Source: Azolla caroliniana (lineage: Eukaryota; Plantae; Polypodiophyta). Taken from it: 64,000 nucleotides of DNA. The notes beneath the pieces were generated by a model that worked only from the letters and a program-made list of their open reading frames with translations, did no database searches and had not been told where the DNA came from. Every line of letters starts with the position of its first letter. Position 1 is the first letter of the stretch. The stretch spans positions 13,020,001 through 13,084,000 of the forward strand of contig JBHGNT010000007.1 of assembly GCA_043228905.1 (NCBI GenBank), written 5' to 3'. Made by a program: the position numbers and the translations under genes. Positions 62,327 to 64,000 of this stretch are shown piece by piece.

Positions 62327-64000
62327 CTAATTCACAACCGGTCCCACTGGACCCCTATCCGAATCGTGGTCCTTGCCGGCCGCTGGACTGCTTGCCGTCG
62401 CTTCCGACTTACCGGTGTCTGGTTCTGTGTCGCCCTTCACTTGTTCAAATGGGTTTCTTGGCATGGGTCCATTGTATGGTTTGAGTCGGAACCCATTGGA
62501 AAACGAGTACCGACTTACCAATTCCGAACATCTTTTCGTTCCCTTTTCGATGATGATCCACGAACGCTTTCCTTCGCCGCTGCTCTAGTTCTAGGTGGTG
62601 CATGATGCTGGCTAGCCGGTGTTCTTCCAATTCGCACAACGCGCTTAACCAAATAGCTTCCGATTCCTTCTCATTTAGGCATTCCCGAATCTGTATTCGT
62701 AAACTCAGTACCTGGAATTCTACCGGCATCACTGCTTCCAATCTGAATGCTAGGTGGAACGGTGTTGTGTGAATACTTGTCTTATATGCCGTTCGGTAGG
62801 TCGAGAGTGCATTGTGCAGCTTTGTATCCCAATCCGTCTGGTTCTCATTGACGATTTTTTGCAGGATATTTTGTAGTGTTTTATTTGTGGACTCTGCTAA
62901 TCTGTTGGCTTGCGGATAATAGGGAGTGCTCTGTTTATGCCGCACCGCTTAAAATGTCGTCAAACATTCCACCACTTGCCCTAAGTAGTGCCCACCTTGG
63001 TCACTTATGAGCTCTATCGGACATCCATACCGGCTCCAGATGCATTCATATAAACATTTTGCCGTGGATGTCGTGGTGTTGTCACATAGTGCTTTCGCTT
63101 CCACCCATTTCGTGCAGTAATCTGTAGCGATGATCACGTATCGGTTGCTGGTTCTCATTGCCATTGGTTTCAATGGACCGACAAAATGTAGCCCCCATTT
63201 CTGAAATGGTTCTAACAGTAGCACGGACTGATGAGGCATTCTGGCATGTTCGGTTGGTTGGCCCATTCATTGACATAGGTCGCATTCTTTAGCATACCGG
63301 ACTGCATCCTTCAATGTTGTCGGCCACCATAGTCCACTATGCCATATTTTCGTTGCCAGAGCATCTTCGGCATAATGTCCTCTAGCCATGTAGCAGTGTG
63401 CTTCACGCAATATTATTTCCTTTTCGTCGTTGCGCACTACACGCCGCCATATGCCATTTGCGCCTTTGTGGTATAGTGTGTCCTGTGATAGACAGATGTG
63501 CCGGCTTTGAATCGCTAAGCGTTTCCTTTCGTCTCTGTTCATCTCCTCCGGAGGTAAGCCGGTGCTCAGAAATTGGTGCATGTTGGTGAGCCACTTGTCT
63601 TCCTTTGCGACCGTACTATCCGATGTCGTTTCTGTTGTGACTCTAAACAGCTCTGCATCCGGAAAGTCGTCTGGGACTCCGTCACCGGTTTCGCCGGAAT
63701 CCAACCGGCTTAAATAGTTTGCTACCACATGTTGTATGCCGGGTCGGTGGAATATCTTGAACTCGAATTCTTGCAATAGTAACATCCATCGGGCCAGCTT
63801 ATCAGTGAGTGATGCTTTGGACACCAAATAGAGGAGCGCCGAATAATCTACGTGAAAGGAAAATTTCCTTCCCAACAGATAGTGTCTAAACTTGTTGACA
63901 CTGTAGATCATACCCAAGGCCTCCCTTTCCGTTGTGGAATAATTCTGTTCTACTTGGGACTGGCCGGTACCATTTCGGTTCTGTCAGTTGCATCAGGGCG
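62327..64000 (-). pseudogene. pol: Gypsy RNase H and integrase
   Basis: KFRHYLLG, ARWMLLLQEF, PFQKWGL, TKWVEAKA, LISDQG, STPYYPQAN, RLKPY. Confidence 0.92.

Larger units (their letters stand above)
55547..64000 (-). mobile_element. Non-chromoviral Ty3/Gypsy (Athila/Phygy-like), 3' half; extends beyond the right edge
   Basis: RH-INT at the right edge followed by long accessory ORFs; no chromodomain; LTR not delimited. Confidence 0.75.

Overview
Eukaryotic, plant-type, transposon-rich DNA, probably from a non-seed plant such as a bryophyte (inferred from the TE lineages, not proven). Most of the window (6125-51463) is one nested insertion stack resolvable by target-site duplications. An outer Ty1/Copia (about 5.06 kb once the nested elements are removed) contains a chromoviral Gypsy carrying a solo LTR, a young Copia, a Copia carrying a second chromoviral Gypsy, and a Sola2-like DNA transposon carrying two more Copias. 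Removing the stack at its GCCAC duplication rejoins, in frame, a spliced and decayed gene. It encodes an N-terminal ParB/Sulfiredoxin-like domain fused to a prokaryote-type beta-class DNA amino-methyltransferase (N6-A or N4-C; motifs NIPY, WIKTN, NPNQKP, DLLSGTG). The gene is divergent from a Cys-motif transposase-like gene at the left edge and convergent with an unknown gene fragment, so it may be cargo of a large DNA transposon. The Gypsy at 24159-30075 shows a Tf1-like self-priming signature instead of a tRNA PBS. The right end is a non-chromoviral Gypsy with two paralogous accessory ORFs downstream of pol. All family assignments come from motif recognition by eye; no searches were run.
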